Virus record (IMG/VR): IMGVR_UViG_3300046501_000385
Reading direction: 5' to 3' (one strand)
DNA from: a virus
DNA: 59,632 nt
In this document: positions 8,699 through 18,140 of the stretch, piece by piece
Layout of the letters: each line of letters starts with the position of its first letter
How positions within the stretch are numbered: the stretch's first letter is position 1
Translations under genes and position numbers: made by a program
The notes under the pieces: generated by a model
Told to the model about the DNA's origin: nothing
The model's database searches: none
The model's input: only the letters and a program-made list of their open reading frames with translations

Positions 8699-10444
8699 AT
8701 GCCAGTCGTAAAGATTGCTGCCTTCGCGGGTGAGAAGCCGCTGATCACGGCCCGATTGCTGCCGGAAACGGCGGCAAAGGCAGCATTCAACACACGGCTC
8801 AATGACGGTGCATTGACCCCAGCCAATAAACCCACGAGCAGCGGTTCGTCCGCCAGCGCATCGAGCGACCGTACGATTTGCCGGCACCAGGGGGAATGGC
8901 TGTCATGGGTCGGCGATGTATCTGCGGCACCGGGGCCGGTCGCGGAAGACAGGCTATATTTCACCGGCGATGGCGTACCGAAGATGCGCATCGATTCGAC
9001 GGTCTATGAACTCGCCATTGATCGCCCATCCTCAGCTTTGACGGCAACGCTTGGAGGCACCGGTTCCGGTGACACGCAGAGCCGGACCTATGTTTACACT
9101 TGGGTGACTGATTTCGGCGAGGAATCGGCGCCCTGCCCCGCGTCGAACATCATCGACTGGAAGCCGGGGAACACGGTCACCCTATCCGGCTTTGCCACCA
9201 CGCCTGCCGGTCGTGCAATATCGAAACAGCGGATCTATCGCTCGCAAACAGGTTCGAGCGGCACGTATTTCTATCTAATCGCCGAACGAACCGCGACCAA
9301 CGCCAATTTTTCCGACACCGTTGCGGTAGACGCCTTTCAGGAGCCGCTTCCATCGGCGGACTGGACGCCACCACCGGACACCCTTGACGGACTGATCGCA
9401 ATGCCGAACGGCATGATGGCCGCTTTCTCCGGGCGCGACGTCTATTTCTGCGAACCATACCGACCGCACGCCTGGCCGGAAAAATACGCCATGACCTGCG
9501 ATAGCGAGATCGTAGCGCTCCGCGCCATCGGCACATCGCTGATCGTCATGACTGCAGGTCAACCCTATCTTATGACAGGCTCCACGCCGGACACGATGCA
9601 GAGCCTAAAATTAGAAGCTAACTTCCCCTGCATCAACTCGCGCGGTGTCGCGGACCTTGGTTTTGCGATCTGCTACCCCTCGAACCTCGGTTTGATTGCG
9701 GTGAAGGCTGACGGTTCGATTAACCTCGCGACGAGCGACCTGTTCGACCGTGACGCCTGGCTTGCGCTGTCACCGAGCACAATTGTCGGAGCTCAGCACG
9801 CCGGCAACTACGTCCTGTTCTACAACACGCTTGACGCCTCGGGTGCTCGCCTGCAAGGAGCGCTGCTCATCAATGTAAACGCAGCGCAATATCTCGTCAG
9901 GGCAAACGAAGTTGCCGATGCCACCTTCTATTCGCTCGAGGATGAAGGCCTCTATTTCAAGAGGCCGGGTGAAACCAACATCCGGCTCTTCGACTCGCCC
10001 GACGGCTCCCCGGAAACCTACTACTGGCGCTCGAAAGAGTTCTGGCTGACGCAACCCGTGAATTTCGGGGCGGCGCTGATAGACCTTGGCGATGGCGCCT
10101 CGCTCAAGTCTCAGGCCAACATCGAGGCAGAGCGAGCGGCGATCATTGCGCAGAACACCGCCATCATTGCCTCCGGCGCCCTCGTGTCGTCGATCAACGA
10201 CTACGCCATCAACGCCGAGGCGGTGAACGAGGATGCGCTGCTCACGATCCCCGACTACGGCGAGATCACGTTCAACGTCTATGCGGACAAGAAGCTGGTG
10301 TATTCCGGGCACGTCGCCGGCAGGGTTCTGCGGCTTCCCGCCGGCTTCAAGGCGCGCTGCTGGGAAGTTGATGTGACCGCCAATGTCCAGATCACTCAAA
10401 TCATCATCGCCGGCACCGTCGATGAACTACGGAACGCAGCATGA
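8699..10444 (+). CDS. Large tail structural protein (nozzle / tail-tubular-B-like)
   Basis: 581 aa with RIYRSQTGSSGTYFYLIAE...DWTPPPDTLDGL...VYFCEPYRPHAWPEKY, a pattern I associate with podovirus tail-tube propeller proteins. Confidence 0.5.
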   Translation: MPVVKIAAFAGEKPLITARLLPETAAKAAFNTRLNDGALTPANKPTSSGSSASASSDRTICRHQGEWLSWVGDVSAAPGPVAEDRLYFTGDGVPKMRIDSTVYELAIDRPSSALTATLGGTGSGDTQSRTYVYTWVTDFGEESAPCPASNIIDWKPGNTVTLSGFATTPAGRAISKQRIYRSQTGSSGTYFYLIAERTATNANFSDTVAVDAFQEPLPSADWTPPPDTLDGLIAMPNGMMAAFSGRDVYFCEPYRPHAWPEKYAMTCDSEIVALRAIGTSLIVMTAGQPYLMTGSTPDTMQSLKLEANFPCINSRGVADLGFAICYPSNLGLIAVKADGSINLATSDLFDRDAWLALSPSTIVGAQHAGNYVLFYNTLDASGARLQGALLINVNAAQYLVRANEVADATFYSLEDEGLYFKRPGETNIRLFDSPDGSPETYYWRSKEFWLTQPVNFGAALIDLGDGASLKSQANIEAERAAIIAQNTAIIASGALVSSINDYAINAEAVNEDALLTIPDYGEITFNVYADKKLVYSGHVAGRVLRLPAGFKARCWEVDVTANVQITQIIIAGTVDELRNAA

Positions 10445-10698
10445 GCACGAAATTCGAAGGTACCCGCCTGCAGGAAATGCTCGAAGTTCTCGCGGGCGCC
10501 CGCGCCGGCGATCGAAGCAAGGCTGCGGTCCGGATCGAGGACTTCACTGAGATTCTAAAGCTACCGGAGATGCAGACGGATACTATCGCCGCGGCGCCGA
10601 CGATGGACCAATTCAACTCTTTGGTTCGCGACGTGCGCGCGACCAATGCCGCTTTGAACGCGCTTGCCCTGGCGATCCAGAAGAGGCAGATCCGGTGA
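10441..10698 (+). CDS. Hypothetical protein
   Basis: 85 aa, ATGA overlap upstream and GTGA overlap downstream. Confidence 0.5.
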   Translation: MSTKFEGTRLQEMLEVLAGARAGDRSKAAVRIEDFTEILKLPEMQTDTIAAAPTMDQFNSLVRDVRATNAALNALALAIQKRQIR

Positions 10699-11150
10699 AG
10701 GAAGTCGTATACGACCGATCGGACGAGATGATCGCCTGGGCCGAGGAGAAAATCGGGCACAACTGCCGATTCCGGGATGATGCGCGGGCCATTGGCGTTC
10801 GCAACGAAAATGACTATCTCGGCGTGGTCGTGTTCGACGCCTTCACCACGACAGGGTGTTGGATCAGCGTGGCGTCCGACGGCACCGGGAAATGGCTTAC
10901 CCGCGAATTCATCCTCCGCGTCTTTGCCTATCCATTCATTCAGTGCGGCCACCCTCGCCTCAATGCTTTCGTGTCTGCCGGAAACCTTGCATCGGCTGAA
11001 TTCTGCCGCGGTTTCGGCTTTACGGAAGAAGGCCGAATGCGCGAAGCTGGCTTCAATCGCGAGGACCTTATCGTATTCGGGATGCTCCGCCGCGAATGCC
11101 GCTGGCTCCCTGAGCGGTTCTCTGGAAAACTAGGCCGGGCTTTGCTATAA
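10695..11150 (+). CDS. GNAT-family acetyltransferase-like protein inside the virion module
   Basis: 151 aa. The C-terminal RLNAFVSAGNLASAEFCRGFGFTEEGRMREA resembles the GNAT core. Confidence 0.5.
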   Translation: MKEVVYDRSDEMIAWAEEKIGHNCRFRDDARAIGVRNENDYLGVVVFDAFTTTGCWISVASDGTGKWLTREFILRVFAYPFIQCGHPRLNAFVSAGNLASAEFCRGFGFTEEGRMREAGFNREDLIVFGMLRRECRWLPERFSGKLGRALL

Positions 11151-11202
11151 AGCCCCGAACACGTCGCGCAAGAGTGCGGCCTCCATCACGAGGTTGGCAC
11201 AT

Positions 11203-12363
11203 ATGGGCAAGTCGTCGACGTCCGCACCCGATCCAGATCCGAAGATTGGCGAATCCGCTCTCCTGCAAGCGCAGACCGGAGAGAAGTGGCTCAGCTTCGC
11301 GAAAGACGCCTTTTCCGTCTCGCAGGATCGCCAGAAAGAGCTCGATGCGCTGACGACGCAGGTGCAGCAGCAGCAGCTCGGACTTGCGACCGATCAGGCC
11401 AACTGGGCGCGTGAGGATCGAAACCGCTACAACACCACGTTCAAGCCGGTCGAGGATGATTTCATCAACGAGGCGACGAACTATGCCTCCGACGAGAAAC
11501 AGGCGGAGGCGGCGGCAGAAGCGCGGGCCGATGTCTCCACGGCGGCAGCCAACGCGCGCGCCGCCAATGAGCGCAATGCGGCCTCGATGGGTATCAACCC
11601 CGCCTCCGGCCGCTTCGCTGGCATCTCCGCGGCCACCGACATGAACCAGACGCTGGCGGAAGCCGGCGCCGCCAACACCGCGCGGCAGAGCGTCCGCGAC
11701 AAGGGCCTTGCGCTCAAGGCTGACGTTGTAAATCTCGGCAAAGGCCTGCCTGCGCAGGCCGCGGCGGGCGCTGGCAGCAGCGTGGCAGCGAGCGGCACCG
11801 CCCTCAGCGGCACGCAGGCGAGCAATGCCCAGGCGCTCGCCGCGCCCAGCATCGTATCCCAGGGCTACTCCGGCGCGATGCAGGGTTACGCTGGTCAGGC
11901 GAGCACCCTCAACCAGCAATACGGGTTGCAGCTCGACGCGTGGAAGGCCCAGCAGCAGGCCAACGCGCAGGGCGCCGCAGGTATCGGCAGCTTCCTCGGC
12001 GGCATCGCCTCTATGTTTACCTTCCCCTCCGACGAGAACGTCAAGCACGACAAGGCGGACATCGCCGACGGCAAGGCGCTCGATGCGGTCAACAACATGC
12101 CGGTCACTGAGTGGACCTATGATGAAGGCGTCGGCGACGGCGGCCGTCACGTTGGCCCGATGGCGCAGGATTTCCAGCGTGAAACCGGCAAGGGTGACGG
12201 CAAGTCCATCGCCGTGCAGGACGCGATCGGCATCCTGATGAAGGCGACGCAGGATCTCGATCGGAAGGTTGTCCGCATGGCGGACGTCATCGGTCTTGGC
12301 GACACCCCGGCTCCGCGGCAGAAGGCAAAGCAGCAACAGTCTGATGTGAGGATGGCCGCATGA
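11203..12363 (+). CDS. Virion protein with C-terminal intramolecular-chaperone (peptidase S74-like) autoprocessing domain
   Basis: ATG 11203 with GAGG upstream. SDENVKHDKADI...VTEWTYDEG...HVGPMAQDF matches the S74 chaperone-domain pattern. The N-terminal half is coiled-coil and Ala/Gln-rich. Confidence 0.6.
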   Translation: MGKSSTSAPDPDPKIGESALLQAQTGEKWLSFAKDAFSVSQDRQKELDALTTQVQQQQLGLATDQANWAREDRNRYNTTFKPVEDDFINEATNYASDEKQAEAAAEARADVSTAAANARAANERNAASMGINPASGRFAGISAATDMNQTLAEAGAANTARQSVRDKGLALKADVVNLGKGLPAQAAAGAGSSVAASGTALSGTQASNAQALAAPSIVSQGYSGAMQGYAGQASTLNQQYGLQLDAWKAQQQANAQGAAGIGSFLGGIASMFTFPSDENVKHDKADIADGKALDAVNNMPVTEWTYDEGVGDGGRHVGPMAQDFQRETGKGDGKSIAVQDAIGILMKATQDLDRKVVRMADVIGLGDTPAPRQKAKQQQSDVRMAA

Positions 12364-13595
12364 GCTTGGGCGCAATCGGAATCGGCCTTGGCGGCTTCAT
12401 GGATGGCTATCAGAAGGGCCAGCAGATTCGGCAGGAGCGCAAGCGCTCCGAGTATCTCGATGGCCAGGCTGAACGGCAGAAGAAACTCGATGCACGCGCT
12501 GACGCCGACTACGCCCGTGACGAGAAGCAGCGGCAGGACATCGCCGCGATCGGGACACAGGCGCAGGAGAAGTTCGATTCCGCCGTGAAGGCCGGAACGC
12601 AACAACCCGGCGACTTCGATACATTCTGGTCGAGCTATGCAGTGCCAAAGCTCTCGCAGACCTACATCGCGAATGGCGATCTGGACAACGCACGGAAGGT
12701 TCAGGCGTGGGGCGACAGCGCAGAAGCCAAGGCAGGCGGCAAGCTTGCCATGGGTGCCCTCCTGAAGGCCCAAACCGGTGATACTGACGGCGCTCTGGCA
12801 GACGTGATGAAAGCCGGTCAGATGAAAGGCTACATCGATCACGGATACGAAGTTCTCGGCCACGATAACCTCGCTGCGCCTGATGGTTCCGTCGCCGGCT
12901 ACCGTCTTCGTCTGAAGACACCCGATGGCAAGGAAGTCGAACAGGACATCCAGAAGGCGGACATGCCGCGGCTGATCGCGACATTCCTCAATCCAGAAGC
13001 CGCGTGGCAAAGCCAGGTCGAGGCTCGGGCCGCGACTGCGAAAGATGCCAAGGACCTTGATCAGTACGAGGCGAAGAAGAAAATCGACAAGCAATACGGC
13101 ACTGGCGAGAACAAGACCCGTGGCGATGCCATTTCAGCCCTTCGCAAACGTATGGACGGCGGCATTGCCGGGAATGAAACGAAGTTCGATGATCTTTCGC
13201 GTCAGGAGCAAGAGAAGCTGATCGCTTCGGAAATCGATCTGCAGGGCGGCCAGCCTGGATTGTCCGCCGATGGCCCCGTGGCATCGGCTGCACCAAGTGG
13301 ACCGTCGCGGAAGGTTATCGTCGACACCGCGACCGGCAAGCCGGTTGCGGCTGCTCCCCAGCAGCAGCAACCGCAGCAGACGCCTTCGGCGCAGCAGCCG
13401 GCTCCCAAGCAAACGCGCGAAGACAACGTGACATACCTTCTACAGTCGGCAGACGAAGCCGTGAAATCCGGCGAGAACCCGCAGCGCATCGCCCAGGAAC
13501 TCCTCAACAACGGCATTCCGCGCGAGCAGTGGCCGGAATCCCTCGGGTCCGCCCTAGCGGTTTCCAGCCGGAACCAGATCGGCCTCGGCCGGTAA
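12360..13595 (+). CDS. Hypothetical internal virion-like protein (charged, Gln/Pro-rich segment)
   Basis: 411 aa, ATGA overlap with the previous gene. No motif recognised. Confidence 0.5.
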   Translation: MSLGAIGIGLGGFMDGYQKGQQIRQERKRSEYLDGQAERQKKLDARADADYARDEKQRQDIAAIGTQAQEKFDSAVKAGTQQPGDFDTFWSSYAVPKLSQTYIANGDLDNARKVQAWGDSAEAKAGGKLAMGALLKAQTGDTDGALADVMKAGQMKGYIDHGYEVLGHDNLAAPDGSVAGYRLRLKTPDGKEVEQDIQKADMPRLIATFLNPEAAWQSQVEARAATAKDAKDLDQYEAKKKIDKQYGTGENKTRGDAISALRKRMDGGIAGNETKFDDLSRQEQEKLIASEIDLQGGQPGLSADGPVASAAPSGPSRKVIVDTATGKPVAAAPQQQQPQQTPSAQQPAPKQTREDNVTYLLQSADEAVKSGENPQRIAQELLNNGIPREQWPESLGSALAVSSRNQIGLGR

Positions 13596-13621
13596 TTTCA
13601 AGCCAAACGAAAGGAACCCCA

Positions 13622-13882
13622 ATGGCCGATGAAAGAAAGATGCGTGCGAAGGTGCGCGTGGGCGCTGTATTCCCCAATCAAGGCGGCACAGAGCGTCTAC
13701 AACTGAGCGGCGTTGCAAAAAGCGATGGCCCCTACCCTGCCGATGGGAGCGACGAAAACAACAGCTTTGCTCGTTGGTCGCCCTCGGTGTCGTTCGACAT
13801 GCTTATCGCCAATCCTTCGCTGGTAGGCACATTCGAAGTTGGCGACACCTTCTATGTTGATTTCACCCCAGCCCCAAAGTGA
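13622..13882 (+). CDS. Hypothetical small protein (last gene of the plus-strand virion operon)
   Basis: ATG 13622 with aaaggaa SD. 86 aa. Followed by a strong terminator. Confidence 0.5.
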   Translation: MADERKMRAKVRVGAVFPNQGGTERLQLSGVAKSDGPYPADGSDENNSFARWSPSVSFDMLIANPSLVGTFEVGDTFYVDFTPAPK

Positions 13883-13906
13883 TCGTTGGCCTGAGGGACT
13901 CAATTT

Positions 13907-13948
13907 AAAGCCGCGCGGTGGGCAACCTGCGCGGCTTTTGCGTTTTTC
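13907..13948. terminator. Bidirectional Rho-independent terminator
   Basis: aaagccgcgc-N12-gcgcggcttt 10-bp stem with T-runs on both strands, between convergent transcription units. Confidence 0.7.
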
Positions 13949-13971
13949 AACAGTTTTATTTCAAAGGAAAT

Positions 13972-14184
13972 TCAGGATGCCTGCTTAGGCTCTTTGGTTT
14001 TGCCCCGCCGCTTCAGCTCGCGCTCAATCGCCGAGCGAATAAAGTCAAGCCTCACCTCACCTTTTTCGAGAGATGCGTCTATCCGTTCCGTCGTACCTTC
14101 GGTCAACGGCAACTGAATACGCTCGGTGAACTGTTTCTTGCGCCCCATTTTAGAGGGACTTACATGTATACGAAAGTCTGTCAA
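13972..14184 (-). CDS. Ribbon-helix-helix (CopG/Arc-like) regulator
   Basis: 70 aa from TTG, or 58 aa from ATG 14148. ERIQLPLTEGTTERIDASL...RLDFIRSAIEREL fits a strand-helix-helix pattern. Confidence 0.5.
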   Translation of the reverse strand: MTDFRIHVSPSKMGRKKQFTERIQLPLTEGTTERIDASLEKGEVRLDFIRSAIERELKRRGKTKEPKQAS

Positions 14185-14255
14185 GCGTCACCCTTTATCG
14201 TGTATACGCATTGACTAAATAACATGTATATCTTATCTGTTCAATCAGATACACG
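14162..14255. promoter_or_regulatory. Four copies of a TGTATA-core motif (candidate RHH operators)
   Basis: acatgtatac (14162), tcgtgtatacg (14198), acatgtatat (14222) and inverted cagatacacg (14246), in and upstream of the 13972..14184 gene. Confidence 0.4.
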
Positions 14256-14282
14256 ATTGAGATTTGAGCTTTGACCGCGCCC

Positions 14283-14639
14283 TCACCCTGGAAGGTAGTG
14301 CCTTTCCTTCAACCACTCGGCCAGCATGTCGGCAACGGCGGACCCTCGGTCTACAGACTGTGGGAAACACTCCGTTCTCGCCTTGCAAAACGCTTGGAAG
14401 GTTTCCCGGGGAAGCATCACGACAACCGGCGCACCGTTTTCCCTGTGCTGATTGTCTATCAGGTCCGCGGATTCGGCCCAAAGGGTGAAGATTTGCTTAA
14501 TGACCTGCGGCCTCGTTATCCCGGTCGCACTGGCGAAATTATCGAGCGCATCGTACAAATCTTCCTGCAGGCGCACCTGAACGGGAATTCCCTTTCCCGT
14601 TGGCGGGCGCCCACGCTTCTTAGGTTGCATTTTTTCCAT
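14283..14639 (-). CDS. RHH-domain protein with a C-terminal extension of unknown function
   Basis: ATG 14639 with aaggg SD (the track start 14663 is TTG). RGRPPTGKGIPVQVRLQEDLYDALDNFASATGITRPQVIKQ is RHH-like. Confidence 0.5.
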   Translation of the reverse strand: MEKMQPKKRGRPPTGKGIPVQVRLQEDLYDALDNFASATGITRPQVIKQIFTLWAESADLIDNQHRENGAPVVVMLPRETFQAFCKARTECFPQSVDRGSAVADMLAEWLKERHYLPG

Positions 14640-14689
14640 TGTGGGGACCCTTAATTTGTGCAACCAATAAATTACAAGTCGAAAAAAAC

Positions 14690-14716
14690 GTTAGTTACTC
14701 GACCGTAGTTAGTTAC
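14690..14716. promoter_or_regulatory. Direct repeat GTTAGTTAC x2 in a divergent promoter region
   Basis: Copies at 14690..14698 and 14708..14716, 18 bp start to start, between the 14283..14639 (-) and 14730..15059 (+) genes. Confidence 0.35.
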
Positions 14717-14729
14717 CCGGTCAGGGGGA

Positions 14730-15059
14730 ATGCCGGAAATGCCAGACAGTGCTTGTATCACGCGTAGAACGCTTCTTTCGGCAGTGCCTCCAGCGGGATT
14801 AGCCCTTTTAGCTCCAACAAAAGCCTCCGCCACTTGTACGCCCGAACCCGTGATCGGATTACTTCGGCAGCATACGATGTCGCTGGAAAACGACACGGAC
14901 GAGTGGAAGGAGATAGAGCGGGAAGTCTCGTCGTCTCCGCCAAGTATTTTGACACGCGAAGGCGCGCTCGAGTGTCTGCGGAGTGCGTTGCGGGTCGACG
15001 GGATGGGCAAGTTTGAAAATGCCCTCGTCACTGCCGCGCTGAAATATTTCCAGGCATAA
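14730..15059 (+). CDS. Small exported protein with a twin-arginine-like signal
   Basis: 109 aa. ITRRTLLSAVPPAGLALLAPTKASA resembles a Tat signal. SD agggg upstream. Confidence 0.45.
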   Translation: MPEMPDSACITRRTLLSAVPPAGLALLAPTKASATCTPEPVIGLLRQHTMSLENDTDEWKEIEREVSSSPPSILTREGALECLRSALRVDGMGKFENALVTAALKYFQA

Positions 15060-15347
15060 TTAAAAGCACTGACCGTTGACGCAGGTCGTCGACCAGTTTC
15101 GGCCTCGGCTGTCTCGACCATATTGAAACGTCGTATCCCCGTGGTCGTAAGTCTCTTGCGACCAGTTGGACCCTGTTCGCGCGTTGGTGCCCTGCATTTG
15201 CGTGGTGTTTCCGTAGCGCTGGATCGTATACGAATTGCCGCTCGTGCCGTCGTAGCATGTCGCAAACGTTTGCGTTCCGACGCAGGATGCGGAAGCAGCG
15301 CCTGCCCATGCCGCGATAAGTGTTGCAGCGGCGATCGATTTCAACAT
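15060..15347 (-). CDS. Small secreted Cys-containing G/N/T/Q-rich protein
   Basis: Start MLKSIAAATLIAAWAGAASA (Sec signal) with ggggagaag SD. The mature part has 4 Cys. Confidence 0.5.
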   Translation of the reverse strand: MLKSIAAATLIAAWAGAASASCVGTQTFATCYDGTSGNSYTIQRYGNTTQMQGTNARTGSNWSQETYDHGDTTFQYGRDSRGRNWSTTCVNGQCF

Positions 15348-15406
15348 CTTCTCCCCTTTCACGTTTTGGGGAGAAGATGCTTGTTTCCGCAACGGTTGTA
15401 AAGCGG

Positions 15407-18140
15407 TCACCGATACACGGGGTCAGCCAAGCTCTCTCGCAGGCGAAGGCTGAGGATCTTGTTGCGGATCAGGACGCCATCCTCCCGTTTTGCCGAATTG
15501 CTGGCCCGGGTTTTCAGCGATCGTTGCAGGGTGTCCTTCGTGATTGCCACCCCACCATGTACCGGCGCCGCGTTGAACTTCTCGATCGCCTTCACGGCAT
15601 CATCGATCGCACCATCATCCTGTGACATGGCTGCCATCGCGAACTTGTTGACCAGGCGCTGACGCTCGTCGAGCACGCGCCGCTCCGCGTTCTTCAATGC
15701 CGTGTTACGGTCCCACGTCTCCGCGACCCTTGCCGGGTTGAAGCCGAGCGCTTGCGCAACGATGTCATGATAGCCCATCTCATCGGCCGGCAGCACCTGA
15801 TCCCCGCCGATGGTCGCCAGCCCTTCGCTGGCGTAGCGGTAGGATTTCATCAGGTCGCGAATCGCCTTGGGCGCCATCATCTCAATGCCACGGGCAACAT
15901 CGCCGTCATAGATCAGGCTGCCACCGGTGTAGAGCGTCTCCCCGAGCCCCGCAGTCGCGCCGAGCGTCTGCGTGAGCCAGTATTGGTACTCGTCCTTGCC
16001 CTGCAGGTCGCGAGACGGAGAACGGAACCACAAGTCCGGCATGCCGATCCGGCTCGAAAGATCAATGCCGAGGTAGTGACCTGGCACACCATTCAACACT
16101 ACGCCACCGAGCTCGGGCCCGAGGATATCAATGACGTTGGCCTTAAACTGCGTTTCGAAATCCATTGGATCGTCATCGTCGCCGAACACCATACCGGCGA
16201 GCCCCATCAGCAGATGGAAGCCAACGGTGCCCGAGACGCCCGCCATCAGCGACATCATGCCGACGACGCCGGCGAGTTGATAGCGCGCCTCCTTGCGCGC
16301 CTGGGCGGTTTCACCCTTCATGGATTGCTGAACATCCCGGAACAGCCGATAGAGCATGTTGATGTTGTGCTGGCGGAAGACGAGAGCGACCTTGGCAAGG
16401 TCGTTCTGCAACACGGCAGGCCGGGAGGAGTTCGCATAGTCAAAGTGCGTCTTCCACGTCAGATCGTGCGCGGTGTCGATCGCCGCCGACATCGTTTCGC
16501 CTGCGTCACGCGCCATGCGATAGGCCGCCAGCGCCGTCACTTCTCGGTTCCAGACCTCGGCACGGTGGAACGCCCAGGAGATAACACCCATCACCCGGGC
16601 CCGCAGCGGCGTGTACTCCACACCGGTCTCGCCGACGCCTGCAAGATCGTGGCTCTGCGTCCGGTCGATCAGGCCCGATTCATAGAAGGCCTTGATCGCT
16701 GCCTTTTCGTCCTTCGAGAGGTTGCCGTTGACGATCGAGCCGCGGCCTCTGACCGTATCCATGGACGCCTGCGCGAGCGCCGCGCCTGCCTTGGCGAAGC
16801 TGCCGAACTTCGCCGACAGGATCGGCAGGCCGAGCATAACAGTCTGCGTCATGTTGACGGCGGCAGCGGCCGGTGAGGCTGCGAGGAACCACACAAAGGC
16901 AGTGCTCGTCATGGTCTGCGCGACCTTGCTGCCGGTCGGGTTCATCACCCACTCATGGCGCTTCGACAGCTCGTTGGCGAGCGTAACGCCACGGGTCTGA
17001 TCGTCGCTCTCCTTTGCCTGATCCATGGCCTGACCGGTGAGCTCCTGCAACTCAAGCCCGTACTTCAGCCGCGCGATCTGGTGGGCGCTGTGGAACATGT
17101 GCGACGAGAACACCCGCAACGCGTCGCCGGTGAAGCCTGCGGTGCCCTGGCGATGGATGAAACGCTTGCGAGCCGAAAGGTCCGGCATGCTTTCCAGATA
17201 GCGCTGCCAGATCTGATCCATGATGTCGTTGCCGACGCCTGCGCCACCGAGAATTTCTTCGATCTCGGCAACAATGCGCGGATCCATGGCTTTGCGAAGA
17301 TCGCTCCCCGCCTCCATCACACCCACCTCGACCTTGGCGCCGCCAGCACCACGGCTCAGCTCCGCCGCAAAACGGTCACGGGCCGCGGCCGTCTCGAACT
17401 TCGAGAAACTCAAAACCCTGCCGTCAATATCGCGCTGGGTGACGAAATACCGTCCGAAGCGGCCAAGCGGGAAATAGGGCTCTTCGACGCGGCTTGCCTC
17501 GAACGCGATGCGCATCTTCGTCAGCCGGGCCTTCGCCGCCCACGTGGCCTTCGTCGTCTCCGCCTTGTGTGCACTTGCTGCATCTTCTTCGGCATTGCGC
17601 CGATCGATGCCCGTCAGTCCACTGTCCCTGATTTTCTCCATGGTCTTGCGATAGCGAGCCTCGGCGCGATCGTGGGCGATCTGCTGGGCCTTCCTCACAT
17701 TATCGAGAAGGATATCGTCGAGCTCGAGCGCCTGTTTCTTGTAGGCGTCGCGGACACTCCGATAGAGCTGCCTGCCCTTCTCCGGCATCGCCATATACTG
17801 CTTCCGTAGCAGCTCATATCCGGGCTTTTTCGTGGTCTCCTCGTCAGTCTTGCTCGGATCGACGCCAGCAAGCGTGCTGTTGTGCATCAGGTTCGCCAAT
17901 TCCTGGGCCCGGCTCTTGTCCTTGCCGAGGAAACCGAGGCGGGCATATTTCAGCCACTCCCCGGCGATCTCGTCGGCGGCGGCATGCTTCGTGCCACGGT
18001 AGGCGTCCATGAGGCGCTTGACGCGGAGGTAGTCTCCGACAGCGGTCATGTTCGGCCGGGCGAGTTCCGTGAAATAGTTCAGCGGGACCGTCTTCAGGAG
18101 TGTCGGCTGGATGTCGATGAGCTTACCATTGAGCTCCTTG
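15407..18140 (-). other. C-terminal module: PLxRFG motif region plus hydrophobic membrane-insertion segments
   Basis: EPYFPLGRFGRYF at 17453..17470. Long hydrophobic stretches FVWFLAASPAAAAVNMTQTVMLGLPIL (about 16803..16905) and LAGVVGMMSLMAGVSGTVGFHLLMGLAGMVFG (about 16182..16283). Confidence 0.55.

Noticed and set aside
11068-12375. 435-aa minus-strand ORF opposite the 11203..12363 gene; likewise 2347..3330 opposite the capsid gene and 12147..13094 opposite 12360..13595
   Set aside because: The plus-strand frames carry recognisable capsid and S74-domain signatures and operon coupling. The antisense products are Arg/Gly/Ala-rich without features.
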